Assembly (NCBI GenBank): GCA_020725385.1
Contig: DYFC01000034.1
Location: forward strand, 64,001 to 128,000
Length of the DNA: 64,000 bases
DNA from: Nitrospira japonica
Lineage (GTDB): Bacteria; Nitrospirota; Thermodesulfovibrionia; Thermodesulfovibrionales; SM23-35
Direction: 5' to 3'
Shown: in pieces, positions 10,460-21,000 of the stretch
Numbering within the stretch: position 1 is the stretch's first letter
How the letters are laid out: each line of letters begins with the position of its first letter
Notes under the pieces: model-generated
Told to the model about the DNA's origin: nothing
Databases searched by the model: none
What the model saw: the letters and a program-made list of their open reading frames with translations, nothing else
Made by a program: the position numbers and the translations under genes

Positions 10460-11248
10460 TTAATTTCTTGGTTTTAGTAGCTTTCTAATTTCTGTGATTC
10501 TTTCATCGTCTATCGGATGAGTTGAAAGATAAACTAATGGTTGTTTTTCCTGCCTTCTTTGTTTCATCCTGTTTCAGAATTCTAAAGCTCCAATCGGATT
10601 ATATTCTGCTTTACTCATCAAATCAATCCCAATACGGTCGGCTTCCAGTTCCTGTTTTCTGCTAAATGGTAGAACTATACCTATTTCTGTCCCCAATCCA
10701 TAAGCTTGGTTTAATGCCTCAAGAACAATAGGATTATCAACATCCAAAATAAAGTTCAATGCAATCTGTCCCATCTTTGCAATTAATGCTATGCTCAACC
10801 GCTCTGCACCATGACGTGCTATTGCATGCCCTACCTCATGCCCAATCACTGCAGCCAACCCCTTTTCATCTTTAGTATAGGGTAGAATTCCTGTATAAAT
10901 TCCTATTTTCCCACCCGGGAGACAAAAGGCATTTACTATGTTATCATCTTCTATTACTATAAATTCCCATTTATAGTCTGAACGGCCAGAAGCTTCTGCA
11001 ATACGAGTTCCTACCTTTTTTACTTGGTTAATAAGATACTGGTTTTGGCTCAGTTTTAATTCTTTTTTGATTTTTCTTAAAGCATCTTCTCCTATTTTTA
11101 TTTCGCTTGATTCAGGGATAATAATCAATTGTTTTCGCTCTGTTAAGGGGGCTTCCTTACATGAAGCGAAGAATAAAACAATAGCAAATAATATAATAAT
11201 TGCTTTAAGTGATTCTTTTCTGCTTCTATTTTTTATAAACAAATTCAT
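10460..11248 (-). pseudogene. M48 (Oma1/LoiP-like) metallopeptidase lipoprotein interrupted by in-frame TGA
   Basis: NAFCLPGG, HEVGH, FSRKQELEAD; ORF stops at TGA 10574-10576 but the same frame continues NRMK...YLSTHPIDDERI to TAA at 10460-10462 (LSTHP is the conserved M48 C-terminal motif). Confidence 0.75.
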
Positions 11249-11982
11249 TCTGAACTATCTATAGCCTCTCGACCTTTTTGTTTTCTTATTCCTGATAGGA
11301 TATTCAAGGTTTCAACAAATCCAGAAAATCCCATCGCAAAATAAATATAGGCCTTTGGTATATGAAATTCCAAGCCCTCAGCTATTAAAGTAACTCCTAC
11401 CATAAGTAAAAAACTTAATGCAAGCATTTTCAATGAAGGATGACGATTGATAAAATTGCTTATAGCTTCTGAAGCTATTAGCATAAGTATCATTGCAATA
11501 ACTATAGCTGCTATCATGACTCCAATCTTCTGTGCCATACCTATTGCTGTAATCACAGAATCAATCGAGAATACAATATCAAACAAAATTATTTGTGTTA
11601 CAACTGCTGCAAAAGTAGCTTTTACTTTTGTAATTATCTCTTTATGTTCTTTTTCAAATATGCCATGTATTTCATGAGTTCCCTTATAAAGAAGGAAAAG
11701 ACCTCCAGCTATCAATATTAGATCTCGTACGGAAAAACTGATATTAAATAATGAAAATAAAGGTATTGTTAAGTTCGCCAGCCATGCGATACTCAGAAGA
11801 AATAGTAATCTTGTAATTAGAGCTAAACCAATGCCAATTTTGCGTGCTTTTGGTTGTTCTACATAAGGTAGTTTGCTTGTTAAAAGAGAAATCACTACAA
11901 TATTATCTATTCCTAGAATTATTTCTAATGTAGTAAGAGTTATTAGACTCACCCATATCTGTGAATCTGTTATCCATTCCAT
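11245..11982 (-). CDS. TerC family membrane protein (Mn-related, Alx/YkoY-like)
   Basis: LEIILGIDNIV, DIVFSIDSVITAIG, HPSLKMLALSFL. Confidence 0.92.
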   Translation of the reverse strand: MEWITDSQIWVSLITLTTLEIILGIDNIVVISLLTSKLPYVEQPKARKIGIGLALITRLLFLLSIAWLANLTIPLFSLFNISFSVRDLILIAGGLFLLYKGTHEIHGIFEKEHKEIITKVKATFAAVVTQIILFDIVFSIDSVITAIGMAQKIGVMIAAIVIAMILMLIASEAISNFINRHPSLKMLALSFLLMVGVTLIAEGLEFHIPKAYIYFAMGFSGFVETLNILSGIRKQKGREAIDSSE

Positions 11983-12016
11983 AGCCTCTCCTCTGAAAAC
12001 GTTATTCTATAAGTCG

Positions 12017-12295
12017 CTAATCGAAGATTTCTTCAAGGAATGACTTTATCTTGTGTTTTTTATGCTTGTGTTTATATTCATTTTCATATCTATGGTGTTT
12101 TGAATACCCCTCATATTCTCTCTTGTGTTCATTTCTTTCGCGATTTTCGCTATCTTGATAGGAAGCAGACCTATCAATAATCTTGTCAAGCTCACCTCTG
12201 TCAAGCCAAACTCCTCTACATTGAGGACAGTAGTCAATTTCGATTCCATGCCTTTCTGAAATCATTAATGATACATTGCATACTGGACACTTCAT
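12017..12295 (-). CDS. zf-TFIIB-like zinc ribbon protein with His/Lys-rich tail
   Basis: CPVC...IDYCPQCRGVWLDRGELDKI; GGAGG RBS. Confidence 0.88.
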   Translation of the reverse strand: MKCPVCNVSLMISERHGIEIDYCPQCRGVWLDRGELDKIIDRSASYQDSENRERNEHKREYEGYSKHHRYENEYKHKHKKHKIKSFLEEIFD

Positions 12296-12317
12296 TTTTA
12301 CCTCCTAATATTACCAT

Positions 12318-12366
12318 AAAAAAAGACCTTCACCACGAAATACAATTCTTATCGTGATAAAGGTCT
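12318..12366 (-). terminator. Riboswitch expression-platform terminator
   Basis: AGACCTTTATCACGA...TCGTGGTGAAGGTCT followed by a T-run; 5' arm overlaps the aptamer P1 3' strand. Confidence 0.8.
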
Positions 12367-12451
12367 TGCTTATTAGATTTATCTAACCAGTGGTACCAGT
12401 CTGATTAAATAGACGTATTGGTGATAGCCACTGCTCAGCTACTCCCCTTTA
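12358..12451 (-). ncRNA. yybP-ykoY (Mn2+) riboswitch
   Basis: Minus strand AAAGGGGAGTAGC ... GCAAGACCTTT signature upstream of a TerC-containing operon. Confidence 0.9.
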
Positions 12452-12557
12452 CTTCATTTAATAATATATAAACATGAAATATGAAGTCAATATGAATTCT
12501 CATTCAGGGGTTAAATAATAATAGCAATCTCTTTATTATTTATTTAAAATAATAACT

Positions 12558-13460
12558 GTGAATATTATTGTATGTGGTGGAAATGGTTTTATTGGCTCAA
12601 ATCTTGTACAGCATCTTCTGAGAAAAGGACATAGTGTAACAATACTTGATAGAAATAAGACACGCTATTCATTACCAAATCTAAAATCTTTTCAAATTGA
12701 TTTATTGAAACCTGACTTGTTTCAAGAAGAATGGTTTAATAATATAGATGCTGTAATCAATCTTAGCGGAAAAGATATTTTTACATTCTGGAATCAAGAA
12801 GCTAAGAAGCTGATCTGGGAAAGCAGGGTAACTGTAAATAAGAATCTTGTTGATTTTATAAGTAAGCTTCCCGAAAAACCAAAGACATTTGTATCTGCAT
12901 CTGCTGTAGGTTTCTATGGCAATAATGGTGATGATGAGCTTACTGAAGAATCTCCTCATGGTAGAGGTTTTCTTGCTGAGGTTTGTATTTCCTGGGAAAA
13001 AGAAGCTTTGGAATCTGAAAAATACGGGATTCGCTCGGTTCAGGTAAGAACAGCTCCTGTGCTTTTAAAAAATGGTGGGATAATGCATCAAATGATGAAG
13101 TCCATGCGATTCGGTTTTACTTTTGTTTTTGGAGATGGCAACCATTGGTTTCCGTGGATTCATATGCATGACCTTCTAAGAATTTACGAAGAAGTTACAG
13201 TTAATGATAGTTTCTCCGGGCCTGTAAATGCTTCTTCTCCGGAACCTGTAAGGTTTAAGGATTTTATTAAATCTCTTGTTAGTTTTAAAAAAGCTTTAAT
13301 AATTCCTTTCCCAGTTTTTTTACTGAAGTTGTTTCTTCAGGAAACATCAGATGTTCTATTGTTCAGTCAACGAGTTGTTCCTTCAAAACTACAAAAATAT
13401 GGATTCACTTTTGAATATCCAAATTTAAAAAATGCTCTTAAAGAAGTTTTTAAGAATTAA
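12558..13460 (+). CDS. TIGR01777/YfcH-like NAD-dependent epimerase
   Basis: GGNGFIG, SASAVGFYG, FLAEVCISWE, PWIH..D, SQRVVP. Confidence 0.88.
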   Translation: MNIIVCGGNGFIGSNLVQHLLRKGHSVTILDRNKTRYSLPNLKSFQIDLLKPDLFQEEWFNNIDAVINLSGKDIFTFWNQEAKKLIWESRVTVNKNLVDFISKLPEKPKTFVSASAVGFYGNNGDDELTEESPHGRGFLAEVCISWEKEALESEKYGIRSVQVRTAPVLLKNGGIMHQMMKSMRFGFTFVFGDGNHWFPWIHMHDLLRIYEEVTVNDSFSGPVNASSPEPVRFKDFIKSLVSFKKALIIPFPVFLLKLFLQETSDVLLFSQRVVPSKLQKYGFTFEYPNLKNALKEVFKN

Positions 13461-13466
13461 CAAACT

Positions 13467-14444
13467 TTAATTTTTTAGTTTTACCCCGAGCTTTATAGCT
13501 TCTATCATACTTGATGGATTAGCTATGCCTTTCCATGCTATATCATAGGCTGTTCCATGATCAGGTGATGTTCTTACAAAAGGGAGACCTACTGTAATAT
13601 TTACACCTTTATCGAAAGCAATCATTTTTAATGGAATCAAACCCTGATCATGGTACATACAAACAACTATATCAACTTCACGTTTATATGCTTTATGGAA
13701 TATTGTATCCGGTGGATAAGGTCCTTTAACCTCAATCCCCTCTTTACGGGCATCTTTAATTGCAGGAATTATTTTTTTAATTTCTTCATCCCCGAATATT
13801 CCTGATTCTCCTGCATGTGGATTAAGACCTGCAACTGCTATTTTCGGATTTTTTATAGAGAACATATCACATGCTTTCTTTGCAAGATTGATTGTTTTTA
13901 ATATTTTCTTCCTCGTAATTAAATCAGGTACATTTCTTAATGCAACGTGAATTGTTACAAGGATAACTCTTAAAAGCCCACCCGCAAGCATCATTGCATA
14001 ATCTTTAGTCCCCGAGAGATTTGCAAGCATTTCTGTATGACCATGCCATTTGCTACCAGCCATTTTGAGTGATTCTTTTGATATAGGAGCGGTAACTATA
14101 GCATCAACTTCTTTATTTAAAGCAAGTTCAACAGCCTTTTTAATAAATAAAATACATGCTCTTCCACTTTCAAGAGTAGGTTTACTCAAAATTTTATCTT
14201 TTACAGAATTGGATTGGTGAATTATATGAATAATATCTTCTGCTGGTTTAACCTCGTTTATTGATTTTATGACTTTTAATTTTGTTGAAAGTCTCAATAA
14301 TTTTTTTGCTGATTCAATTACATTTATATCCCCTATTACAATGGGCATACATATTTTTCTAACATCCGGCAAAGTAAGTGCCTTAAGAATGATTTCAGGA
14401 CCTATACCTCCTGAATCTCCCATTGTTATAGCTATTTTTTTCAT
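13467..14444 (-). CDS. pdxA: 4-hydroxythreonine-4-phosphate dehydrogenase
   Basis: MGDSGGIGPEI, GLNPHAGE, MYHDQGLIP, RTSPDHGTAYDIA. Confidence 0.96.
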   Translation of the reverse strand: MKKIAITMGDSGGIGPEIILKALTLPDVRKICMPIVIGDINVIESAKKLLRLSTKLKVIKSINEVKPAEDIIHIIHQSNSVKDKILSKPTLESGRACILFIKKAVELALNKEVDAIVTAPISKESLKMAGSKWHGHTEMLANLSGTKDYAMMLAGGLLRVILVTIHVALRNVPDLITRKKILKTINLAKKACDMFSIKNPKIAVAGLNPHAGESGIFGDEEIKKIIPAIKDARKEGIEVKGPYPPDTIFHKAYKREVDIVVCMYHDQGLIPLKMIAFDKGVNITVGLPFVRTSPDHGTAYDIAWKGIANPSSMIEAIKLGVKLKN

Positions 14445-14475
14445 TATTTGACTTTAGTTGTGAATCCTCTTTAGA

Positions 14476-14829
14476 TCAAGTATTGACAACTTTTTGTATT
14501 GCAGATGAAGGATTGTCTGCCTGCACAGTTGCTAAAAGCTCAAAGCCATGCTCCCTAAGATTATTCATATGCCAATTATTACCATTTACTCCTACTATAA
14601 TGTAAATTCCTAACTCAAGAATAATAACCATTATGGAAGTTTCGGCATTATTATAATATATCTCGATTGAAGTCAATAAAATAATACTGCACACAACGAT
14701 AAAAGCGTGTACCCATAACTTTTTTATTACAAGCCAGATAACTGAAAACAAAAACCCGGGCCACGAAAAACCAATCTTAACAGCCTGGTAACCAAGCGCA
14801 TAATGTTTAAAAACATTAAAGGTTTTCAT
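14476..14829 (-). CDS. DUF2628-like small membrane protein
   Basis: AVKIGFSWPGFLFSVIWL..KKLW, GNNW motif. Confidence 0.7.
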   Translation of the reverse strand: MKTFNVFKHYALGYQAVKIGFSWPGFLFSVIWLVIKKLWVHAFIVVCSIILLTSIEIYYNNAETSIMVIILELGIYIIVGVNGNNWHMNNLREHGFELLATVQADNPSSAIQKVVNT

Positions 14830-14870
14830 TCCATTCTGAAAAGTATTTTAATTAAAAGGCCTATTTATTT

Positions 14871-15365
14871 TTAAAGTTGAATTTTTATACACGTTCTTTG
14901 TTTTAGTTCATTAATATGTAATTTAAGATGCTCATTAAGTTGTCTTTCAATAAGATAGGTTTCAATCTCATCCCAGACATCTTCTACCTGTTTTCCTTCA
15001 AACTTTTCGGGATTGGCTCTGTAAAAGTTGTGTATATCTTCTTCTTTTATTCTAATAAGAGCTTTTATTTTAAGATCTATATAATCATTTAGAATTTCTT
15101 CTTCTGTCGGCGCTTCAAGTCTGATTTTTTTTGCTTCGCCAAGCAAAAGAACCCTGTTTATCATAGTATTTAGAACTTCCTCTATTTTTATATCAGGCAA
15201 AATTTTTTTCGTTTCCGAGAATTTATTTTCAAGTTCACTCAAAGTAATTGCCTGTGTATCCACATACGCAACGATTCTATCATTTATTCCGCCAAAAACA
15301 ATTGAGTTGAAAGATAATATTAAAATTAAAATGAGTATAATTTCTTCTTTCATAATTTTTAGCAT
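14871..15365 (-). CDS. SurA N-terminal-domain-like periplasmic protein
   Basis: Signal peptide, DRIVAYVD..AITLSEL; between the bamA-like gene and pdxA; no PPIase domain seen. Confidence 0.65.
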   Translation of the reverse strand: MLKIMKEEIILILILILSFNSIVFGGINDRIVAYVDTQAITLSELENKFSETKKILPDIKIEEVLNTMINRVLLLGEAKKIRLEAPTEEEILNDYIDLKIKALIRIKEEDIHNFYRANPEKFEGKQVEDVWDEIETYLIERQLNEHLKLHINELKQRTCIKIQL

Positions 15366-15387
15366 AATAATTTAAATTTAAATGGAA

Positions 15388-18072
15388 TTAAAAAGCATGG
15401 CCGATACTAAAATGTATTTCACCGGCACTTTCACCTGCTTCTTTTTGCAGTTTTCTGCCATAATCAATTCTTACAGGTCCAACAGGTGTATTATACCTTA
15501 ACCCCAGTCCGGCAGTGAATTTAACATCGGATATATTTATATCTCCGGTCTTTATCCAGACGTTTCCACCATCAAGAAATGCAACGATACCAAAATTTTT
15601 ACTGACTGAAGTCCTTAGCTCGACATTCTCCATAAGAAATGTATTCCCACCAATGGGGTTACCATCACTTCCTTTAGGACCGAGAGTATCCTGGTCATAT
15701 CCCCTTACAGTTGTTCTTCCGCCGAGAAAGAAACGCTCAACAATGGGGAGTTCATTCGTGTTAAAAAAACCCTGCGCTACACCGCCGCGTAATGAAGCAG
15801 CTAAAACCACCCCCTTTGCTATTTCATGGTAAATATTTCCGTAAAGCATTAATTTTGCAAAATTTGTTTCGGATAAAAAAACAGGTGCGGTGAACTTCAA
15901 CGTAGCACCTGCGAAAATACCCTTCTTCGGATAAAACTGGTTATCTCTTGTATCATAAATAAGTCCCAATCTAAGTCCGCTGATTATTAGGGTGCCTGTA
16001 TCTTCCTTACTAAGGACAACATCTGGCTTTACATCGAATGTATTCACAAGTGAAAAATCGTAATACAGTTCTCCCCGTAATACATTCCCTATTTTTCTCT
16101 CGAAACCCGCTGCAACAGTATGTCTTATAAGTTTATAACGGGTTTCTCTTGTATCTATATTAATCTCTCTTTTATCTTCGCCAAGAATAAAAAGTCTAAA
16201 TGGCAACTCCTTTTGCATGAACCATGGCTCATAAAATTGCATGATATACCGTTTTTCAAGAGAACTCAATTCCAGGCGCAAAGAGGCTTCTCTGTTCATT
16301 CCCATAAGATTTCTGTAAGATAAATCGATTGTTCCTCTATACAGTTCATATTCGGCATATCCGAGACTAATCTCTACTGCTCCGGCATTTCCCTCCCTGA
16401 GTTTAATGAGTACATCCTTTTGACCATTAAATGTATCAAGTGGTTCCATATATATATCCGAGAATAAACCAAGTTTGTAAAGCTTCTGTCTCTCTTTAGA
16501 TAGAAGACTGGCGTCAAATGGAGCATTCTCTTTCTGTTGCAATTCTCTTCTTACTACATCATATTTTGTTTTTTGATTGCCGGTTACAATTGTCTTTCCG
16601 AAAAGAACTAAATTGCCCTCATATATATTGAATGCTAAGGAAGCGCTTCCATTTTTTATCTCGCGTTTAACCTCAACTTTTACATCAGGGAAACCTTTCG
16701 ATGTAAATAACTCTATAATTTTGTACCGTGCGTTCGAAATATCAACTTCATTATAAGCATCTCCGATTCTTATATTTATTAGATTCCTTAATTCGATTTC
16801 CGGGACAGAAGTTGTGCCAGATATTTGAATTTCATTTATTACGGTTTTTTTACCTTCATTTAATGTTACATATATATCCATTTTTTTATTATCGCTATCA
16901 TATACAGCCTGAACTTCCTCAACATTAGCATTAAGATAGCCGAGTGCATTATAAAAGTCCTTAATCGCATCTGTATCTGAATCAAGCATCTCGGAATTAT
17001 AGCTTTTACCTTCTTTGAGGGACATAATTTCTTTAAGCTTTTCTTGTTTAATCGTGTTACCATTAAAAAGTATTTTTCCTACGTTTATCTCCGGACCTTC
17101 AAATATAAAAAAAGTTACATCGATAATATTATTTTTTTCTGAAACAATAGGCGCAATCTGGGCGAATTCATAACCTTCGGTATGATATATATGAAGCAAT
17201 CTACTTAAAGATTCCTGCAAAATATCGTCATTGAAATCTTCTGCTTCTAAAAAAGGAAGTTCCCTTAAAAGCCTCCTATCCGATATTGAACTATTACCGC
17301 TTATATTTATTTTAAGTTGTTTCCCGGGACTTACTGAAAAAGAGAGAATACCATCTTTAAACTGTGGCTCACTTATCACAGGCTTAAAATAATCTCTTTT
17401 CTTATAATATGATCTTATTCGTTCTAAATCTTTTTTTAGGGTTGACCGGTTAAATATACTTCCGGTAGTTAGTTTCATAATTGACTTTACTTCTTCAGGA
17501 CCATTAATATCTATTCTTTTTATTATTTCAGGAACACCGGTATTAACTTTAAGTTTAATATCAACCTTATAGGGAGACTTAAGTCTAACGGTGCGGATAC
17601 TAATATCCGGGTTAGGGAATCCAAGATAAGATAGCTCTTTTTTTAGTTCATCAACTGCTCTGTCAAAAGGCTCACAGGAAAGATATTGCCCTTCTTTTAT
17701 CTGAAAAATTTCTCTTATTTTTCTTGATGAAATATCATGCTGTCCGGATATTGAAATTTTCCTGACAGAATCCTTTTCCTTTACCGAAACAAATACTTTT
17801 ACCCTTTCACCGTCTTCAGCACTAACCGAAATATCATCGAATATTCCTTTTAAAAAAGCTCTTTTTATGCCTCTACGGACAATATCAGGATCTATATTTT
17901 CACCCGCTTGAATACCAAGAAGATATAGCAATTCATCCTTTTGAATCGAAGAAAGCCCTTTAATTTCCACTTCAGAAACTATCGAGGCATGTGCACATAT
18001 TGCAAATGAGGAAATAATAACCAAGCAAAAAAGAAAGATAAACCGGATCCTATCAATAGCAAATCTTTTCAT
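15388..18072 (-). CDS. Omp85 family protein (BamA/TamA-like) with extended POTRA array
   Basis: Repeated POTRA units, RFFLGGRTTVRGY, GLRYNTPVGPVRIDYG, C-terminal IGHAF. Confidence 0.9.
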   Translation of the reverse strand: MKRFAIDRIRFIFLFCLVIISSFAICAHASIVSEVEIKGLSSIQKDELLYLLGIQAGENIDPDIVRRGIKRAFLKGIFDDISVSAEDGERVKVFVSVKEKDSVRKISISGQHDISSRKIREIFQIKEGQYLSCEPFDRAVDELKKELSYLGFPNPDISIRTVRLKSPYKVDIKLKVNTGVPEIIKRIDINGPEEVKSIMKLTTGSIFNRSTLKKDLERIRSYYKKRDYFKPVISEPQFKDGILSFSVSPGKQLKINISGNSSISDRRLLRELPFLEAEDFNDDILQESLSRLLHIYHTEGYEFAQIAPIVSEKNNIIDVTFFIFEGPEINVGKILFNGNTIKQEKLKEIMSLKEGKSYNSEMLDSDTDAIKDFYNALGYLNANVEEVQAVYDSDNKKMDIYVTLNEGKKTVINEIQISGTTSVPEIELRNLINIRIGDAYNEVDISNARYKIIELFTSKGFPDVKVEVKREIKNGSASLAFNIYEGNLVLFGKTIVTGNQKTKYDVVRRELQQKENAPFDASLLSKERQKLYKLGLFSDIYMEPLDTFNGQKDVLIKLREGNAGAVEISLGYAEYELYRGTIDLSYRNLMGMNREASLRLELSSLEKRYIMQFYEPWFMQKELPFRLFILGEDKREINIDTRETRYKLIRHTVAAGFERKIGNVLRGELYYDFSLVNTFDVKPDVVLSKEDTGTLIISGLRLGLIYDTRDNQFYPKKGIFAGATLKFTAPVFLSETNFAKLMLYGNIYHEIAKGVVLAASLRGGVAQGFFNTNELPIVERFFLGGRTTVRGYDQDTLGPKGSDGNPIGGNTFLMENVELRTSVSKNFGIVAFLDGGNVWIKTGDINISDVKFTAGLGLRYNTPVGPVRIDYGRKLQKEAGESAGEIHFSIGHAF

Positions 18073-18078
18073 AACTAT

Positions 18079-21000
18079 TTATTTAAACTCAAATCTGAAT
18101 TTGATATCACCACCGATACTTCCTCTTTCATCTCTAAGACCTATCAGGGATATATTTTTTCCGACTAAGTATTCAATTTTTATTATTTGTTCTTCCGATG
18201 CTCCAATTGAATTAGTATATGTAACAAACAACCTGTCTCCGATTAATCTTTTTGATACTGTAAACTGAGGTCCGATAGTTCCGGTTTTTGTTGAAACATA
18301 TGGTTCAACCTGAAATCGGTCAAGTCCTGTAATAGAGCGCAATCTTTCTTCGATAACGTCCTGCACTTTGCCGGTTATAAATGATGTTGCTTCTCCGGCA
18401 CCGATTCCACCTTCAAGACCTTTTAGCTGTTTACCAACCTGCCCTACTGTTAATAAAGCAAGAATATCAACTTCATCGAGTCGCGGGTCAGAAGATAGAG
18501 CAAGGTTAAAATGATCCATTTGCCCTTCAAGGGCAAGTCTTATATTATAGCCTTTTACCAGAGTTTCAGCGGTAAGATTGATAATGGGTTTTATTCTATT
18601 TGGATCGGCAAAATCAACACTTGCAAATATAATTTTGAACTCATTATTTCGAAAATATACATATCCCTCATTTGATTCGACTCTTCCAAAAATAACAGGA
18701 CTTGAAATTGAACCTTTGAGTATCATATCTCCTCTGATTTTCACCGGTGTTCTTGCAATATTATTATCAATCAAAATATTTTCATCTCCGGAAATTCTTA
18801 TATTCAACTGTGCTTTTTCAAAAATAGAGACTTCGGGTCTGATAGTCTCTTTTGGCTTTACTGCAAGGAGCCAGCTTCTCCACTCCACCATTTCTTTATA
18901 ACGTCCTTTCTTTATCTTCACATCCCCGGTAATGTTCATTGAGTCAGATGTTCCTCTACAAAGCAATTTACCATCAAATGTCACACTAAAATCTTTTGAA
19001 TAAGTGGTTGTAACATTATCAACGCTTGCCTGAATATAATATCTTTTAATTGATAGACCCTTAAGATAAACAACTCCTGAAAGAGAAACATCTCCTCCAC
19101 CGATTTTCCCGGATAAGCTTTCAAGAACAATTCTATCTTCATCTATATTGAGACGACCGTTAATTGAACTTATATACGAAGGAAAATCCTTAAGTCCGAA
19201 TGAAGTATCTTTTAATATCATATTTCCATTGATCTCCGGATCATCCCACCTCCCGCTTATTGATAGTTTAAACTCGGAGTCACCTTTAAGATAACCGATT
19301 TTTCTCGAAAGCCCCTTCAATGGAGCAAGATTTGATCTTCCTTCAAACATTAAATCATATTCTTTTCCTATTTCAAAACCACCGGAAAGTTTAAAAGAAG
19401 ATGCACCGCTTTTTATGGTCGCCATCTTTATTGAAAATTTTTTATTATTTAAAGAACAATGTAACGGTGTATCATTAGTAAAAGTTTGACCATAGAGTGA
19501 AAGATTAAAATGTTCAATATTTGCGGTAGCGGAAAGATTATTTCTATCACCTTTAAGGTCAATAATCCCTTCAAGATTTAGCTGTAGATCTTCGGGAATT
19601 TCCTTGAAGAAAGTACTTGCAATAAAATCATACCTTCCCTGCTGGATTGTTATTTCTGCATTCCATGGCAGTTTTTCATCAAAATATCCGTTTCCTTTTA
19701 TTTTAAGACTTTCATTGAATAGAGAACCGTTTATAGATATATCCCTGTTTTTAATAGATGCTGTTAATGTACCATTTATTATATTTTTACCCCTGAAAGT
19801 TCCTCCTGTTGCTTTTGCAAGAAAAAATATATCAGGATTATCAAAAGTACCGTGTCCTTTTGATTCAAATGAAAAAACAGCATTCTCCGGCGCTTTTCCG
19901 TATGTGGCATCCTTTAAATAAAATTTTTCTGATGATGCATTATATGTGAATTTATCTCCTGAAGAGAAAGAAGCCCCTGCTTTTATTAAAGAATCGCCTT
20001 TTCGGATTATTGCATCTGTCAAGAAAAATGTATGATTGGAATATTCAAATTTTGAAGCTCCTGAATCAAATGGTAATTTGAATACAGTAGCTTTTTCAAC
20101 AGTTCCTTTTCCTTTAACCTGGGGAGATTCCCCTTTGCCGGTTAATTTTATATCAGCATTCATTTTACCGGTGCCATCGAAGTCCCTGTAAAAAATCTTT
20201 ACTGCTTTTCCGAAGTCCGCATTCTTAATAGTTGCACTAATATCATAAATAGGTTTTGAAAGGTCAAAGAGTTTTTGTGCTTCTGGAAATAATATTTTCC
20301 CTTTAATAGAGTGTTGCTCGTTTTCTGATTTAAAAACACCCTCATACACTTCGAGCAGGTTTTTTTGATAATTAATAAAGGCTTCTATACTTAAGACAGG
20401 ATATTCTTCAATAACACTTTTTGTCATAACAACTTTTCCCGAGATTTTTGGGTCATCAAAAGTACCCTTAATATCTCCTGAAAAATCACCTATGCCTTTA
20501 ATTTCTTTATAATAAGGCAGTGCAAGATCAGAAGAATCTTCTGAGTGTAATTTCGCTCTTAAATTAATAGTTTTTGCTTTAATATCAAGAACCCCGTTAA
20601 GTTCGGCATTTGTCAGGTTTGTATTAATCAAAAGATTAGAAAGAGATAGCACATCATGGTTTAAAGAAAAAGCGCCCTTAATGGATTTTATTCTGTAAAG
20701 AACATCATCTACCGGTTTGCTGGAGTCCTTAACCCAGGTTCTTTGTCCCTGAATATGTGATCTATAAATAAAATTGCCGATAGGGTTAAAGTACCTTCCT
20801 TCTGAAAATAATTCTCCGTCTGCTTTACCCGGTGGTATTCCCGGATCCCATCCAATAAGATTCAAAAGAGGCTTACTATCAGCATCCTGAAATTTAATAT
20901 TTAGCGTGAAATGATCGACTACCGGTAAATGTATCGATGCTTCTGCCAATGCAGAACCATTATAAAGATGAGCATTACCATTTTTGAACTCCATTAAACC

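Noticed and set aside
10574-10576. Genome-wide UGA=Trp recoding or selenocysteine
   Set aside because: TGA ends intact genes at their expected C-termini (USP 25276, hsdM, fic, hsdR), and the position corresponds to Trp, not Cys.
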